64,000 nt of DNA from an uncultured Pseudomonadales bacterium (GCA_964406075.1 CAYOQI010000006.1:2529-66528), one strand, 5' to 3'. Counted from the stretch's first letter, positions 46,031-56,306 are shown. Notes: generated from the letters alone by a model not told the origin. Made by a program: numbers and translations.

Positions 46031-46283
46031 TAGTTCTTCAGCCCTAGGCTGCCTGCCCGCCGAATTGGAGGGATCCGCTTTTGGGCGGAAAATTCCAATA
46101 AAGATTGGGATGAGAATAAAGAACTTCTGTGTTCGTGATTGTAATAATTTTATTTTTCCAGTATACCTATTCTTTAAGTAAGAAACGAAGAATACCCGTT
46201 GGTTATTTTTACTTACAATCTTTTATCACGAACCTTACGAATAGTTGGGATTATACCGTAATACAGAGAAAGGAAAATGGCAT

Positions 46284-47339
46284 ATGGCACGACAAAAAGA
46301 TCCTGCTGATCAAACAGCACCGGCAGCAGATGGAGTAGGAGAAGCGCGTAAACAAGCTTTGGGAATTGCTCTTCAACAAATCGAAAAACAATTTGGAAAA
46401 GGATCCATCATGCGAATGGGGGATCAAGCGGAACTCATGGCTTCGATGCCAGTGATTTCGACTGGTTCACTTTCGTTGAACTTGGCCTTAGGAGTCGGTG
46501 GATTTCCTCGTGGCAGAATTGTAGAAATTTATGGACCAGAAGCCTCTGGAAAAACCACGTTGTGTTTGCATGCCATTGCTGAAGCCCAAAAACTTGGTGG
46601 AACGGCTGCTTTTATTGATGCTGAGCATGCGCTTGATCCAGTCCGAGCAAAAAAGATTGGGGTGAATTTAGAAGAGCTCATCATTTCTCAACCAGATTAT
46701 GGAGAGCAAGCATTGGAAATTGCTGAAATGCTGATCCGATCAGGTGGTGTAGATATCATTATCGTTGACTCTGTGGCAGCCCTGGTTCCGAAAGCTGAAA
46801 TTGAAGGTGAGATGGGCGATGCCCAAATGGGTCTTCAAGCTCGGTTGATGTCTCAAGCCATGCGAAAGCTGACTGCAGCTATTAACAAATCTAAGACACT
46901 GTTAATTTTCACTAATCAATTGCGTATGAAGATCGGTGTCATGTTTGGAAATCCAGAAACGACCACTGGTGGAAATGCCTTGAAATTTTACGCTTCTCTG
47001 CGTATCGACATGCGAAAAATTGGAAATATCACTGAAGGGGAAAAGATGTTGGGAACTCGTCATCGAGCCAAGGTGGTGAAGAACAAAGTAGCTCCGCCTT
47101 TCAGAGTGGTGGAATTTGATATGATGTTAGATGGAATTTCTCGAATCGGTGAAGTAGTGGATATTGGAATTGAAAAAGGAATCTTGGAAAAGAGCGGAAG
47201 TTTTATTAAATACAAAGGCGCTGTGCTTGCTCAAGGTCGTGAAGCGGCCAAAGAGAAATTTAAAGAAGATGCAGCTCTGATGAAAGAAGTTGAGCGAGAA
47301 ATTTGGAAGAAAATAAAAGAAGAGAACGCGGTAAGCTAG
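46284..47339 (+). CDS. recA: Recombinase RecA
   Basis: '[19 protein letters not shown]' (Walker A), '[10 protein letters not shown]', '[30 protein letters not shown]'. The ATG at 46284 has an upstream 'gagaaaggaaaa' RBS-like stretch and is preferred to 46245. Confidence 0.95.
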   Translation: MARQKDPADQTAPAADGVGEARKQALGIALQQIEKQFGKGSIMRMGDQAELMASMPVISTGSLSLNLALGVGGFPRGRIVEIYGPEASGKTTLCLHAIAEAQKLGGTAAFIDAEHALDPVRAKKIGVNLEELIISQPDYGEQALEIAEMLIRSGGVDIIIVDSVAALVPKAEIEGEMGDAQMGLQARLMSQAMRKLTAAINKSKTLLIFTNQLRMKIGVMFGNPETTTGGNALKFYASLRIDMRKIGNITEGEKMLGTRHRAKVVKNKVAPPFRVVEFDMMLDGISRIGEVVDIGIEKGILEKSGSFIKYKGAVLAQGREAAKEKFKEDAALMKEVEREIWKKIKEENAVS

Positions 47340-47370
47340 TAGTACGTTTATAAATTTTTATCTAACTTGT

Positions 47371-47637
47371 ATGGATCCACTTATCCTCGTTCTCACTATC
47401 GCTGTTTCTATCGTTGCTGTCGTTATGACTGTAGCTGGTATTCAGCTCATCATGACTTTACATGAGGCCAGAAAAACCTTGCGACATGTGAACTCGTTAG
47501 TCGAAACACTTGAAGCTGTGGCGGTCCATTCCATTGGATCACTGGCTGGTTTAGGTGGCATGATGGAGGGAGTAAAAAGTGGATTACGAATTGCTCAGTC
47601 TTTTTCATCTTGGTTAAACAGAGATAAAGAGCGTTGA
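47371..47637 (+). CDS. Small membrane-anchored protein (DUF948-like)
   Basis: N-terminal TM 'LILVLTIAVSIVAVVMTVAGIQLI', then a helical region. Paired with a YtxH-like gene as in Firmicutes. Confidence 0.5.
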   Translation: MDPLILVLTIAVSIVAVVMTVAGIQLIMTLHEARKTLRHVNSLVETLEAVAVHSIGSLAGLGGMMEGVKSGLRIAQSFSSWLNRDKER

Positions 47638-47676
47638 AGTGATTCAAACAATAGTTCATGTTAGATACAAAAAAGT

Positions 47677-48018
47677 ATGACTACAGATCAAGAAAATGAA
47701 GAACTAAAGTCTACCGGTGGAGGCAATTTTCTGTCTGGCTTATTGTTCGGTGCTGTGGCTGGAGCGGTTGGCTACTTCTTGTTTGGAACAGAAGAAGGTA
47801 AAAAAGCTCGTGGAAAATTATCAGAAGAATGGGAATCAGCCAAAGGGAAATTGGTGGAAGAAGGCGTTGTTTCCCAAAACACGATAACTCTGGGAGAAAC
47901 AGTTCACGAAGTCATTCATCATGTGATTGAAACACCAAAGCGACGTATGCCGAGCCGAAAAACAGTGATCGAAAAAAAGAAAGAGCTAGAAAAAAAAGTC
48001 AAAGAAGAAAAATCTTAA
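47677..48018 (+). CDS. YtxH-like protein
   Basis: 'FLSGLLFGAVAGAVGYFLFGTEEGKKARGKL' (YtxH pattern). Confidence 0.55.
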   Translation: MTTDQENEELKSTGGGNFLSGLLFGAVAGAVGYFLFGTEEGKKARGKLSEEWESAKGKLVEEGVVSQNTITLGETVHEVIHHVIETPKRRMPSRKTVIEKKKELEKKVKEEKS

Positions 48019-49058
48019 TACGGCTTGGCCGTTACTTTTTCCCAACTTGTTTCTAACTCTGGATGAAAAAGTGCATAGGCTCCAATCATAACTGCATTGT
48101 CCGTACTTAAGTTCAATGGCGGTGCAAAAAACTTCAACGCATGTTTCTTGGCGACTTCTTTAAATCGAGATTGTAAAAATTTATTCGCAGTTACTCCTCC
48201 AGAAATCAGAAGTGATTTCGTCTCAGGATATTCAACTAATGCGCGTTCCGTTTTTTTAACTAACACATCCGCAATCGAGCACTGCAGTTCTTTTGCAAGG
48301 GCAGATTTTTTTTCATCACTTAATTCCACGTCAAAAATCATTCGACTGAAGGCCGTTTTTAATCCAGAAAATGAGACGTCGTACGTTTGTTCGTGCATGA
48401 GTGGACGAGGAAGAGGAAAGTGCGTCAGCTCCTGAGCAAGTAAGTCTTGAGCCTGTAAAGCGAGTTCTTCAATGAACGGTCCACCCGGATAATCTCCACC
48501 TAACAACCGAGCACATTTGTCTAAACACTCGCCAGCCGCATCATCCACTGTTTTGCCGAGCACTTTCATGACCTCGTGAGATTCGTAATATGTCAGTTGG
48601 GTGTGGCCACCGGAAATAACCCAAGAAAGAAGAGGAAATGCCGGAATTGACGGGCTAGATTCGTTTTGGACAACGAAATTTGCGTATGGATGGGCTGAAA
48701 TGTGGTTCACTGGAATGATTGGTGAATTCCACACACTCGCTAATGTTCGTGCAACTTCAACTCCGACCAATAATGAACCAATTAATCCAGGTTGAGTTGT
48801 GACGGCAATTGCGGTTAATTGCTCAGGTCTAATATTGGCTTTTTTTAATGTTTCTTGAATAACGGGAAGGATGAACTTTACTTGTTCTCGTGCGGCGACT
48901 TCAGGAACGATGCCTTTTGTGGCTCGATGTTTGGTTAAACTGGTAGCGGTTGTTTCCGATATAATTTTGACAGCCTCACTGTTGGCGTCTTTTTGAACGA
49001 TAGCAGAGGCAGTTTCATCACAAGAAGATTCGATGGCAAGAATAGTTTGTGTTTTCAC
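48015..49058 (-). CDS. tsaD: tRNA N6-adenosine threonylcarbamoyltransferase TsaD
   Basis: 'ILAIESSCDETASAIV', 'VNHISAH' and 'ISGGVTAN' blocks. Confidence 0.9.
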   Translation of the reverse strand: MKTQTILAIESSCDETASAIVQKDANSEAVKIISETTATSLTKHRATKGIVPEVAAREQVKFILPVIQETLKKANIRPEQLTAIAVTTQPGLIGSLLVGVEVARTLASVWNSPIIPVNHISAHPYANFVVQNESSPSIPAFPLLSWVISGGHTQLTYYESHEVMKVLGKTVDDAAGECLDKCARLLGGDYPGGPFIEELALQAQDLLAQELTHFPLPRPLMHEQTYDVSFSGLKTAFSRMIFDVELSDEKKSALAKELQCSIADVLVKKTERALVEYPETKSLLISGGVTANKFLQSRFKEVAKKHALKFFAPPLNLSTDNAVMIGAYALFHPELETSWEKVTAKPY

Positions 49059-49062
49059 CTGG

Positions 49063-49335
49063 TTATTTTAGCACTTGCCATGAAATTACTTCTAACCATG
49101 GTCGACAAATAATTTGAGGAGGGAAAGATTCCCGGCTTCCTGTTGCAGAGTATCCGAGCGGACAATTTTTTCTGACACCAGGGTTTCCTCTGTTCGAGTA
49201 AGATCTATCACTTTCACCAATTTCCATGATGTATGAAGTAGAAGGTTTTGCCTTTATTAAATAAAATTGCCAAGTGAGAAAAGAAACTAAACCTAAACAA
49301 AGTAAAGAAGTTAAAATGAATAAAAGTTTTTTCAT
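49063..49335 (-). CDS. Small membrane-anchored hypothetical protein
   Basis: The internal start MKKLLFILTSLLCLGLVSFL (ATG 49335) begins just after the VanW stop. The longer 49434 form would overlap VanW. Confidence 0.4.
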   Translation of the reverse strand: MKKLLFILTSLLCLGLVSFLTWQFYLIKAKPSTSYIMEIGESDRSYSNRGNPGVRKNCPLGYSATGSRESFPPQIICRPWLEVISWQVLK

Positions 49336-49342
49336 TAATAAA

Positions 49343-51142
49343 TTATACTCCGGTTCCACGTCTGTATTTTGCACTCCAAGGAACATAATTCGAGAAGTAC
49401 TCTTTTTCGCGAATGACATTTCCTTCTTTATCACGAGTTATATGTTTAAATTTGGCTTTGATTCCACCAACCGCCCAATCGACTTGAATGATCTTCCCGG
49501 CGGGAAGAGTAGGGTCATCTTGATACACAGATTCAGGTGCACCGCGGGCACCCCATTTTTCATATTCAGTTACTTCAGTCGTTCGACCATCTGAGGTTCC
49601 ATATATTTCGACGAACATATACTTCGTTTCGGGGTTCGTGACAAAATGTAACAGCACATGATTCGGACTATCATTTACAAATCGTAAATCTGTTTCACCA
49701 GAAAAAACCGCGGCATCAAAACCGGGTTGTCTGTCTAATTCGTAGTAACTGACTCGATAACTATGTTGTCGGCGTTTGGTGATATCTAAACCAGAATCAA
49801 GAAGGGCTCGGAATAACGTCGTACTGACTTGGCAAACTCCACCGCCATCCCCAAGCACTGTTCGTCCGGCTTGGATAATGTAGGCGGGTTTGAAACCCGT
49901 AGCCTGAGTGACATCTCCGAGATAGTTATTAAAAGAAAACTCTTCGCCAGGAGGAACTATCGTATTATTCAAAATTTCCGATGCTCGTGAGACATTATGA
50001 ATTCGAGTGGGAATCGAGTGGTCGTAATATGATTCCCCAAATCCAATTCGTTCTTTGATACCAAGCGTGTTGCTGTTTTCCAAAGTGATATCAGGAGCAG
50101 AAGTGATGAGAGATAAATGCATTTCAGCCATTTGTTCACCGCGTTCTAATTTCGTTAATGCATCTAAAAGCAGTGTCTGAGTAGTAATGATGTCCAGGGT
50201 CCAGCCATCACGCTGAGGCTGAAACTTTTCGACTTTCAAGGTAGTTGGGTCATAAATAAATTCCGCATTCTGACCGGGGCGCTTAACTTGCTCTTCCCAA
50301 GAAGTTAGTCGTTCCCGAACATGTTCTTCGTGAAAGCCAAGCGGAAAGCCTAATAATTCAATAAGTTCAGTATCAAATAAAGTGAATTGTTGACGATCAA
50401 TATTAAAGGTTAAAGATTTTCCGAGGTATTTTTTCGCACGTTCTTGAGCTTCGACCACTTCCGACTCACTGAGTTCAGCTCCGGTAGTGAGAAGTACAGC
50501 CTCGGTTTTTATTGATTCGGAGGAAGCAAGCGCTTGAATCTTTTCAACAGTTTTGTTCACATCAACAACTTGTCCAGTTTTACCGATAAATATTTCAACC
50601 TCCGTATTTGTTTTCTTTGTTGCTGACGGAAAGGCAATTTCCTGATCGACTTGCTGAGCAAAGACCGTTGAGAATTCATACAATTTGCCAGTATTAAATT
50701 GAAGAGGAGTGTAGAGTGAGGTGGAAAAATCTGGAGAAAATCGATATTGAAGATAGGCGACTAAGGCACTGACTCTGTTACTTCCGCGACCAAGTTGAAA
50801 GGCAATTGGAAGAATTTTTTCATACTGCTTTTCCAATCCTAACTCAGCACTCGAAGAAGCGAGCGTTTGGGAATCAGATGAAAGTTCGACTGTCAGATTT
50901 TCAAAATGGTCATTTTGTTGAAGTAGTAATTGTGCTTGATCAAGGGTTAAACCACCAACATTCTGATTATCAATCATGACTCCTGAAACGAAACGCTCTT
51001 TTTGTTTGGTGTAAAACCAGGAAGAAGCAAGAAGATAGAGAAGAAAAATACTTACAAGAAAAATACCAACGCCGACAGCAATGATTTTAGGTAAACTCGC
51101 GTCTTGTCTCACGATTTTCATGAATGCTATTATATAGGTCAA
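49343..51142 (-). CDS. VanW-family protein (membrane-anchored)
   Basis: N-terminal TM. 'FSFNNYLGDVTQATGFKPAYII', 'GGGVCQVSTTLFRALLDSGL', 'RRQHSYRVSYY' (VanW core). Confidence 0.8.
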   Translation of the reverse strand: MTYIIAFMKIVRQDASLPKIIAVGVGIFLVSIFLLYLLASSWFYTKQKERFVSGVMIDNQNVGGLTLDQAQLLLQQNDHFENLTVELSSDSQTLASSSAELGLEKQYEKILPIAFQLGRGSNRVSALVAYLQYRFSPDFSTSLYTPLQFNTGKLYEFSTVFAQQVDQEIAFPSATKKTNTEVEIFIGKTGQVVDVNKTVEKIQALASSESIKTEAVLLTTGAELSESEVVEAQERAKKYLGKSLTFNIDRQQFTLFDTELIELLGFPLGFHEEHVRERLTSWEEQVKRPGQNAEFIYDPTTLKVEKFQPQRDGWTLDIITTQTLLLDALTKLERGEQMAEMHLSLITSAPDITLENSNTLGIKERIGFGESYYDHSIPTRIHNVSRASEILNNTIVPPGEEFSFNNYLGDVTQATGFKPAYIIQAGRTVLGDGGGVCQVSTTLFRALLDSGLDITKRRQHSYRVSYYELDRQPGFDAAVFSGETDLRFVNDSPNHVLLHFVTNPETKYMFVEIYGTSDGRTTEVTEYEKWGARGAPESVYQDDPTLPAGKIIQVDWAVGGIKAKFKHITRDKEGNVIREKEYFSNYVPWSAKYRRGTGV

Positions 51143-51213
51143 CTCTTCCTATTGTGTGGAGTGGTTAAAAGTATAACTTTCCGGTACACTTTAAATTAAC
51201 GTAAAGTAAAATT

Positions 51214-53607
51214 ATGACTGATCCACAACTGCCCCAGCCACAACAACAACCAAAGCTCGTTCAACCCAATGAGAAACAGTTACCAATTGGTGGGAGTGCA
51301 GCTTTGCCAACCTCTAGTAATCCGAGTTTTTCTCCCAAACCTTTTACACCGCCTTCGTTGCCTCAAAAACCAGCTACTCAAGTTCCGTCTCCGGCCGCAG
51401 TGCTGAGTGGGAATAATGATGCATCTCCGACTCCAATTTCTTTATCATCAGATGGAAAAGCATCTCAACCAGCCGAGTTACCTGCTGTCAGATTGCCAGG
51501 TTCACCTGCTCAATCGAGTGGGAATTCTGTTCCAGCCCAGACTCCGTTTGGAATTCCAAAGCCACCAGTGATTGGAAATCCTCAAACACCAAGTTCAAAT
51601 AATCCTTCACCCGCTATTTCACCAAGACCTATTTCCCCACCAGTGGGTGGAGCACCCATGAATCCCGGTGTTAAGCCTCCCGCTTTTGGAGGGCAAGCTC
51701 CGCTAAATCAAGTCAAACCACCTGTTGTCGGTGGTGGTATGTCTACTGGCCAACCTCGGCCTCCTATGCCAGCTGTTGGACAAATGCAACCGGGATTAGC
51801 TGCAGTTAAACCGCCTGTGCCTGTTAATAGTATGCCTCCTGCTCAAGTTCCTCGGCCACCTTTACCGCCAAAACCAAGTAATCCTTTACCAAACACGTCA
51901 CAACAGCCAATGGGCGGATTTAAACCACCGGCACCACCAGCTGCAAACAATCCAAATCAATCAGTGGGGAGACCACCCATTTCATCAGCTCCAAGTACTA
52001 TGGCTATGAAGCCAACGATGAATTCACCATTGACACCTGGAATACAAAATCGACCGCCAGCTCAGCCGATGGGCGGAGTTCCACCTCGACCGCTTTCACC
52101 ACCAGGACAAGTCAACCCATCAATTCGACCACTTCCACCAGCTCCACAACCAGGAGGAATACGGCCGCTTCAGTCACAGCCAGCAGGTGTTCCACCCAAA
52201 GGTCCAACACCGCCGGGAGCTGCACCTGTCTCAAATTCCGTTCCGCCTTCAAATCCTGTCAGACCACAACGATCAATATTGCGGTTTTTACCAATTTTAG
52301 TGATTGTGTTAGTGATCCTGGGATTAGTGGGATACCTATTAATGAGATACTTAGGCCAACAAGGTACTGAAACTCCTGATGGTGGATCAACCGATTCGCA
52401 AAAGACCGTCGTTACGTATTGGGGTTTGTGGGAGCCAACCACGGTGATGGAAGAAGTGATCTCTGAATTTGAAAAACAAAATCCAGATTATGACATTCAA
52501 TATGTTCAGCAGAACCATGCTCAATATAGAGAAAGGCTGCAAACAGCCATCGCCCAAGGACAAGGTCCTGACCTTTTCCGATTCCACGCCAGTTGGGTGC
52601 CTATGATGAGGAATGAGTTATCAGCGTTACCTGAGCGAGTGATGAGTCCTGTTGAATATCAGCAGACATTTTATCCTGTAGCTCAACGACAATTGAATTT
52701 AGAGGGTAATATTGTCGGAATCCCTCTGATGTATGAAGGTCTCGGGTTGTATTACAACACGCAAATATTTCAAGTTGCGAACGTGACTCCACCGAAAGAT
52801 TGGGAAGAACTGAAGACTGTTGCTCAAACTTTAACAATTCGTTCAGGTTCTTCAATTACCCGCGCAGGAATTGCTTTGGGAACTTCAAACAATGTAGAAC
52901 ATGCATCAGACATTTTGGGTTTGATGTTGTATCAGAACAAGCGGAGTGAAGATCTCAATCAACATGACCTCTCGAACGTATCTAACAAAGAATCGCAAGA
53001 TGCGCTAGATTTTTACACCAGTTTCTCTCGTGATCTCAATGTTTGGAACGCCTCATTCCCGAATGCGACTGAAACTTTCGCCCGAGGTGACGTGGCAATG
53101 ATGATTGCTCCATCTTGGAGAGCACATGAAATTAAAGCAAAGAACCCTAATATCACTTTTGCAGTGGCGCCTTTACCTCAAATTTCTGGTGGGGAAAGAG
53201 TTGCTTGGGCAAGTTATTGGGCAGAAGGTGTGAGTGAAAAAAGCTCTAATAAAGAAGTCGCTTGGAATTTCTTAAAGTATGTCAGCTCAGCTGATGTGCA
53301 GAAAAAGCTCCATTCTGATGCAAAAAAACAACGAGCTTTTGGTGAACTCTATTCGAGAGTAGATCTGGCTAGTGAGCAACTTACCGATCCAGTTATGGGT
53401 GCATATCTTGAAGATGCACCATATGCCAAGAGTTGGTACATGAATGGTTATACCCACGATAACGGTATTAATGATCGAATCAATAAATACTATCAAGATG
53501 CTATCAATGAAATGAATCAAAACCGTAAAGCAACTGATGTGTTGCCTACAGTTCAACTTGGTATTCAGCAAGTCCTTCAACAATTTGGGTTAGCCGTAGT
53601 TCAATAA
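51214..53607 (+). CDS. ~350 aa Pro-rich disordered N-terminus, single TM, then an extracellular solute-binding protein (ABC sugar-type SBP) domain
   Basis: TM 'FLPILVIVLVILGLVGYLLM', then 'VVTYWGLWEP...NPDYDIQYVQQ...GPDLFRFHASW...IPLMYEGLGLYYN' (family-1 SBP pattern). The N-terminus is dominated by P, Q, S, G and 'KPP' repeats. Confidence 0.7.
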   Translation: MTDPQLPQPQQQPKLVQPNEKQLPIGGSAALPTSSNPSFSPKPFTPPSLPQKPATQVPSPAAVLSGNNDASPTPISLSSDGKASQPAELPAVRLPGSPAQSSGNSVPAQTPFGIPKPPVIGNPQTPSSNNPSPAISPRPISPPVGGAPMNPGVKPPAFGGQAPLNQVKPPVVGGGMSTGQPRPPMPAVGQMQPGLAAVKPPVPVNSMPPAQVPRPPLPPKPSNPLPNTSQQPMGGFKPPAPPAANNPNQSVGRPPISSAPSTMAMKPTMNSPLTPGIQNRPPAQPMGGVPPRPLSPPGQVNPSIRPLPPAPQPGGIRPLQSQPAGVPPKGPTPPGAAPVSNSVPPSNPVRPQRSILRFLPILVIVLVILGLVGYLLMRYLGQQGTETPDGGSTDSQKTVVTYWGLWEPTTVMEEVISEFEKQNPDYDIQYVQQNHAQYRERLQTAIAQGQGPDLFRFHASWVPMMRNELSALPERVMSPVEYQQTFYPVAQRQLNLEGNIVGIPLMYEGLGLYYNTQIFQVANVTPPKDWEELKTVAQTLTIRSGSSITRAGIALGTSNNVEHASDILGLMLYQNKRSEDLNQHDLSNVSNKESQDALDFYTSFSRDLNVWNASFPNATETFARGDVAMMIAPSWRAHEIKAKNPNITFAVAPLPQISGGERVAWASYWAEGVSEKSSNKEVAWNFLKYVSSADVQKKLHSDAKKQRAFGELYSRVDLASEQLTDPVMGAYLEDAPYAKSWYMNGYTHDNGINDRINKYYQDAINEMNQNRKATDVLPTVQLGIQQVLQQFGLAVVQ

Positions 53608-53641
53608 CGTTCTTCTTAAGAAGAAGTGGTACGATAATGCG

Positions 53642-54604
53642 GTGAAATTTATCCCGTCTGTACCGATTCAATCCGCCAAAACTTCAATGAACATCAAGCG
53701 TAAAAAAGTGACGAAAAAGGCCATTCCAGTTCAATCAAAATTTTCTCCCGAACAAGAAACTATTCTTAAAACTTTAGCCTACTCTCAGGTCTTCGATTTC
53801 CCTTTAACAGTGGAAGAACTCTATACGAGACAAATGCGGTCACCGCTTCACGAAACGATTTCTTTACTCAAAATAAAACAACTCGTAAAAGCTTCCCTAG
53901 TTGTAGTAGTTACTACAGACTCTTTAATTGCATTTAAGCAAAAAAATAAAACGATTGAACTCAGAAAACAACGGTTACGGTGGTCAAAAGAAAAGTGGTC
54001 AGAAATTGACGAGATAAAAAAAATATTACGGTTTGTGCCGTTCATTCAAGAGGCATACATCACTGGTGCCTTAGCCGTGAATAATCTTTCAAGTCTGAAT
54101 GACGATATTGACCTTCTCATTATTTCTAAGAAAAACCGATTGTGGATCACTCGATCTGTTGCGGTCTTGTTTGCGATTTTGAAAGGGAAGTATCGTTTTC
54201 ATCATTCAAAAAAACAAACTGGGTGGTGTTTCAACTTATGGTTAGATGAAGCTCATCTTGAGTTACCGGAAGAACGAAGATCTTTATATTCAGCGTATGA
54301 AGTGATTCAGTCGAAACAATTTATCGGAAATAAAAACATGTTGTTGCGAGCAAATGCTTGGGTAAAGGATTTTCTTCCCTCCATGACACCATCGCTTCAA
54401 TATACGCCAATTCAAGATTCTTCGAGTGGAATTATGACAATATTCAATCAAGTACTGTATTTTTTTCAATGGCAAATTATGAAAAAACGTCACACGATTG
54501 AGAAAGTGGGGATAGGTTATGCCTTTTTTCATCCCAGAAATACCCAACGAAATGTGATGACAGAGTATCGTAAACTCTTGCAGGAACTCGGAATTCAGGA
54601 ATAA
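53642..54604 (+). CDS. Hypothetical protein, possible nucleotidyltransferase-fold (pol-beta-like)
   Basis: 'AYITGALAVNNLSSLNDDIDLLIISKK' resembles the G[SA]...DxD NTase core. Weak call. Confidence 0.35.
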   Translation: MKFIPSVPIQSAKTSMNIKRKKVTKKAIPVQSKFSPEQETILKTLAYSQVFDFPLTVEELYTRQMRSPLHETISLLKIKQLVKASLVVVVTTDSLIAFKQKNKTIELRKQRLRWSKEKWSEIDEIKKILRFVPFIQEAYITGALAVNNLSSLNDDIDLLIISKKNRLWITRSVAVLFAILKGKYRFHHSKKQTGWCFNLWLDEAHLELPEERRSLYSAYEVIQSKQFIGNKNMLLRANAWVKDFLPSMTPSLQYTPIQDSSSGIMTIFNQVLYFFQWQIMKKRHTIEKVGIGYAFFHPRNTQRNVMTEYRKLLQELGIQE

Positions 54605-54613
54605 TAACAACAT

Positions 54614-55096
54614 ATGAATGACACTTTCAATTTACCTTCGCAATTAAAAAAAGTGCTACAAGTGGCACATGATTCTCATCAGAAAATTGTGTTGGTAACT
54701 GGTGTCTTTGATTTACTGCATGAAGAACATAGAAATTTCTTGAAAAAAGCACACCAAGCCGGTAATACGTTAATCGTGGGAATTGAATCTGATGTGAGAG
54801 TGAGGAAATTAAAAGGTGAGGGAAGACCAATTTGGGATCAGGAGCGAAGAAAAGAAGAGCTGGAACAAATACCTGAGGTGTCGGGAGTTTTTATCCTTCC
54901 TGAAATCTTTGATCAACCAATTCATCATGAACAACTTATCAAAACGATACGACCCAGTGTTTTGGCGGTTTCTTCTCATAGTCCGCATCTAGATCGTAAG
55001 CAACGAATTATGGATTTAGTAGGTGGAGTAGTAAAAGTAGTTCACCAACTGAATCCTGACGTTTCAACAACACAAATTCTTGCTGAAACGAAGTAA
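54614..55096 (+). CDS. Cytidylyl/adenylyl-transferase-like protein (HxGH-family nucleotidyltransferase)
   Basis: 'IVLVTGVFDLLHEEHRNFLKKA' (GxFDxxHxxH) and 'IVGIESD'. Confidence 0.7.
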   Translation: MNDTFNLPSQLKKVLQVAHDSHQKIVLVTGVFDLLHEEHRNFLKKAHQAGNTLIVGIESDVRVRKLKGEGRPIWDQERRKEELEQIPEVSGVFILPEIFDQPIHHEQLIKTIRPSVLAVSSHSPHLDRKQRIMDLVGGVVKVVHQLNPDVSTTQILAETK

Positions 55097-55100
55097 CTTT

Positions 55101-55367
55101 TTACAGATCACTAAAGTCTTCATCTAAAATGGCGGTTTCTTGAATTTCGGCTTCAATCGTCGTTAAATCGGTTGATTTTGAGACATCAGAACTAGTGCTG
55201 GGTTCGGGCGTCATGTCTGCCGTCATTTGTTCATCAATGACAACCTCGGTATCTGGTTCCACTTGTTCAATAGAAGTGGTTGAGTTCATTTGGCATCCAG
55301 TTAAGAGAACAACCATTGCGAGTATTATTACAGTAACGATTGAGAATTTTGGTGAGAAATTTTTCAT
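55101..55367 (-). CDS. Small acidic lipoprotein
   Basis: Lipobox 'VLLTGCQ' after a signal peptide. The remainder is Glu/Asp/Thr-rich. Confidence 0.55.
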   Translation of the reverse strand: MKNFSPKFSIVTVIILAMVVLLTGCQMNSTTSIEQVEPDTEVVIDEQMTADMTPEPSTSSDVSKSTDLTTIEAEIQETAILDEDFSDL

Positions 55368-55374
55368 ATACGTA

Positions 55375-55938
55375 TTATTTAATATTTGTTAATAAACGAA
55401 TGACTTCTTTGAGTTGGGTTAAGACAAGTTTGAACTGTTGACGGGCTTGGTTTGCGAGATCACGTGATTTCAAAGCTTGCGTTCGTTGAGCTTGATACTC
55501 CTCTGGATTTATTGTGTTAAAGCCTTCAACTGATTGATCAGCTAATTCTTTGGCTTTTTGTAATGATGTTTTTGCTTCATCAAGTTTAGTTTGAGCGGCG
55601 GTCACATCTTTACCATCAGCTTTTAATTCATTCATTCGAGCTTGAAGTTTTTCAATCAACTGGCTTAAGCGGAGATAGTAGGCCTGAAATCTTTTTTCTA
55701 ATCGGTCGGCATGTTTCTCAGAGATACTGTCTCTAAAATTTTGACGAGTTTCTTGGACTTTTTCTTTAAAATTTTCTCGGGATTCTGTGCGTTCTTGTTT
55801 AAACGTGTCTCGAGCGGTATTTAGTTCTTCTTTCCTTTCTTCTCGAGCAGATTTGGAGGCTGTTTCTTCCGCACGGATAAGTGAAGTTTGGTTGATAAGT
55901 AAGAAAGATGCTATTGCCAAAGCAATGATTTTTTTCAT
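55375..55938 (-). CDS. Secreted coiled-coil protein
   Basis: Signal peptide 'MKKIIALAIASFLLINQTSLIRA', then heptad-like Glu/Lys/Arg/Gln-rich sequence. Confidence 0.55.
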   Translation of the reverse strand: MKKIIALAIASFLLINQTSLIRAEETASKSAREERKEELNTARDTFKQERTESRENFKEKVQETRQNFRDSISEKHADRLEKRFQAYYLRLSQLIEKLQARMNELKADGKDVTAAQTKLDEAKTSLQKAKELADQSVEGFNTINPEEYQAQRTQALKSRDLANQARQQFKLVLTQLKEVIRLLTNIK

Positions 55939-56028
55939 ACAATTTCTTTCCGTTTAAATGCAAATAATGTGTGTCTATAGGCATAGTACACGTTTCAAGA
56001 ACGATTTCAAGTTTCCCTCAGTACAGCC

Positions 56029-56059
56029 TTGACATGCATACCCCCTGGGGGTATATACT
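56029..56059 (+). promoter_or_regulatory. Promoter (TTGACA, 17 nt spacer, TATATA/TATACT) with an embedded 17-bp perfect palindromic CsoR-type operator ATACCCCC-T-GGGGGTAT
   Basis: -35 TTGACA at 56029-34, palindrome at 56038-54, -10 at 56052-59. The ATG of the repressor gene is at 56067, so the mRNA is leaderless or near-leaderless. Confidence 0.7.
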
Positions 56060-56066
56060 GTTTGTC

Positions 56067-56306
56067 ATGAATCAAGATTCTGTCGTTATTCAACTCAAAA
56101 AAGCTCGTGGACAAATAGATGGGGTTTTAAGCATGTATGAGCAAGAAAAAAGTTGCCTTGAGATTGTTCGCCAAATTATTGCTTCTCGAAATGCATTGAC
56201 AAGAGTGGCTCGAGATTTATTAACGACGGAAGCAAATAGATGTTCACGAGAAAGACGAGTGGAAGATCTTGATGAAGTGTTAGCTGAAGTTTTTAAATAC
56301 TCTTAG
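56067..56306 (+). CDS. CsoR/RcnR/CstR-family (DUF156) metal/thiol-sensing repressor, C-E-C variant
   Basis: 'QLKKARGQIDGVLSMYEQEKSCLEIVRQIIASRNALTRVARDLL'. Cys30 and Cys59 are spaced 29 residues apart, as in CsoR, but Glu55 occupies the Cu-ligand His position. The ATG at 56067 is preferred because the promoter lies inside the longer ORF. Confidence 0.8.
   Translation: MNQDSVVIQLKKARGQIDGVLSMYEQEKSCLEIVRQIIASRNALTRVARDLLTTEANRCSRERRVEDLDEVLAEVFKYS

Noticed and set aside
46131-46233. Inverted repeat GTTCGTGATTGTAA ... TTACA-N7-ATCACGAAC upstream of recA, considered as a LexA/SOS box
   Set aside because: The arms are ~70-80 nt apart, and no compact CGAAC-N4-GTTCG or CTGT-N8-ACAG palindrome is present. 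No lexA is in the window. It may be a 5'-UTR structure, but I cannot support a regulatory call.
46129-46338. 69-aa ORF and the 46245 N-terminal extension of recA
   Set aside because: RecA homology begins at MARQKD (46284), which also has an RBS-like purine tract. The upstream residues have no RecA counterpart.
49063-49434. Long form (123 aa) of the small ORF downstream of VanW
   Set aside because: The first 33 codons overlap the VanW C-terminus in another frame. The internal start at 49335 yields a clean signal/TM-like N-terminus. Similar N-terminal extensions were trimmed for the genes ending at 60337, 61461, 35755, 55971 and 15182.
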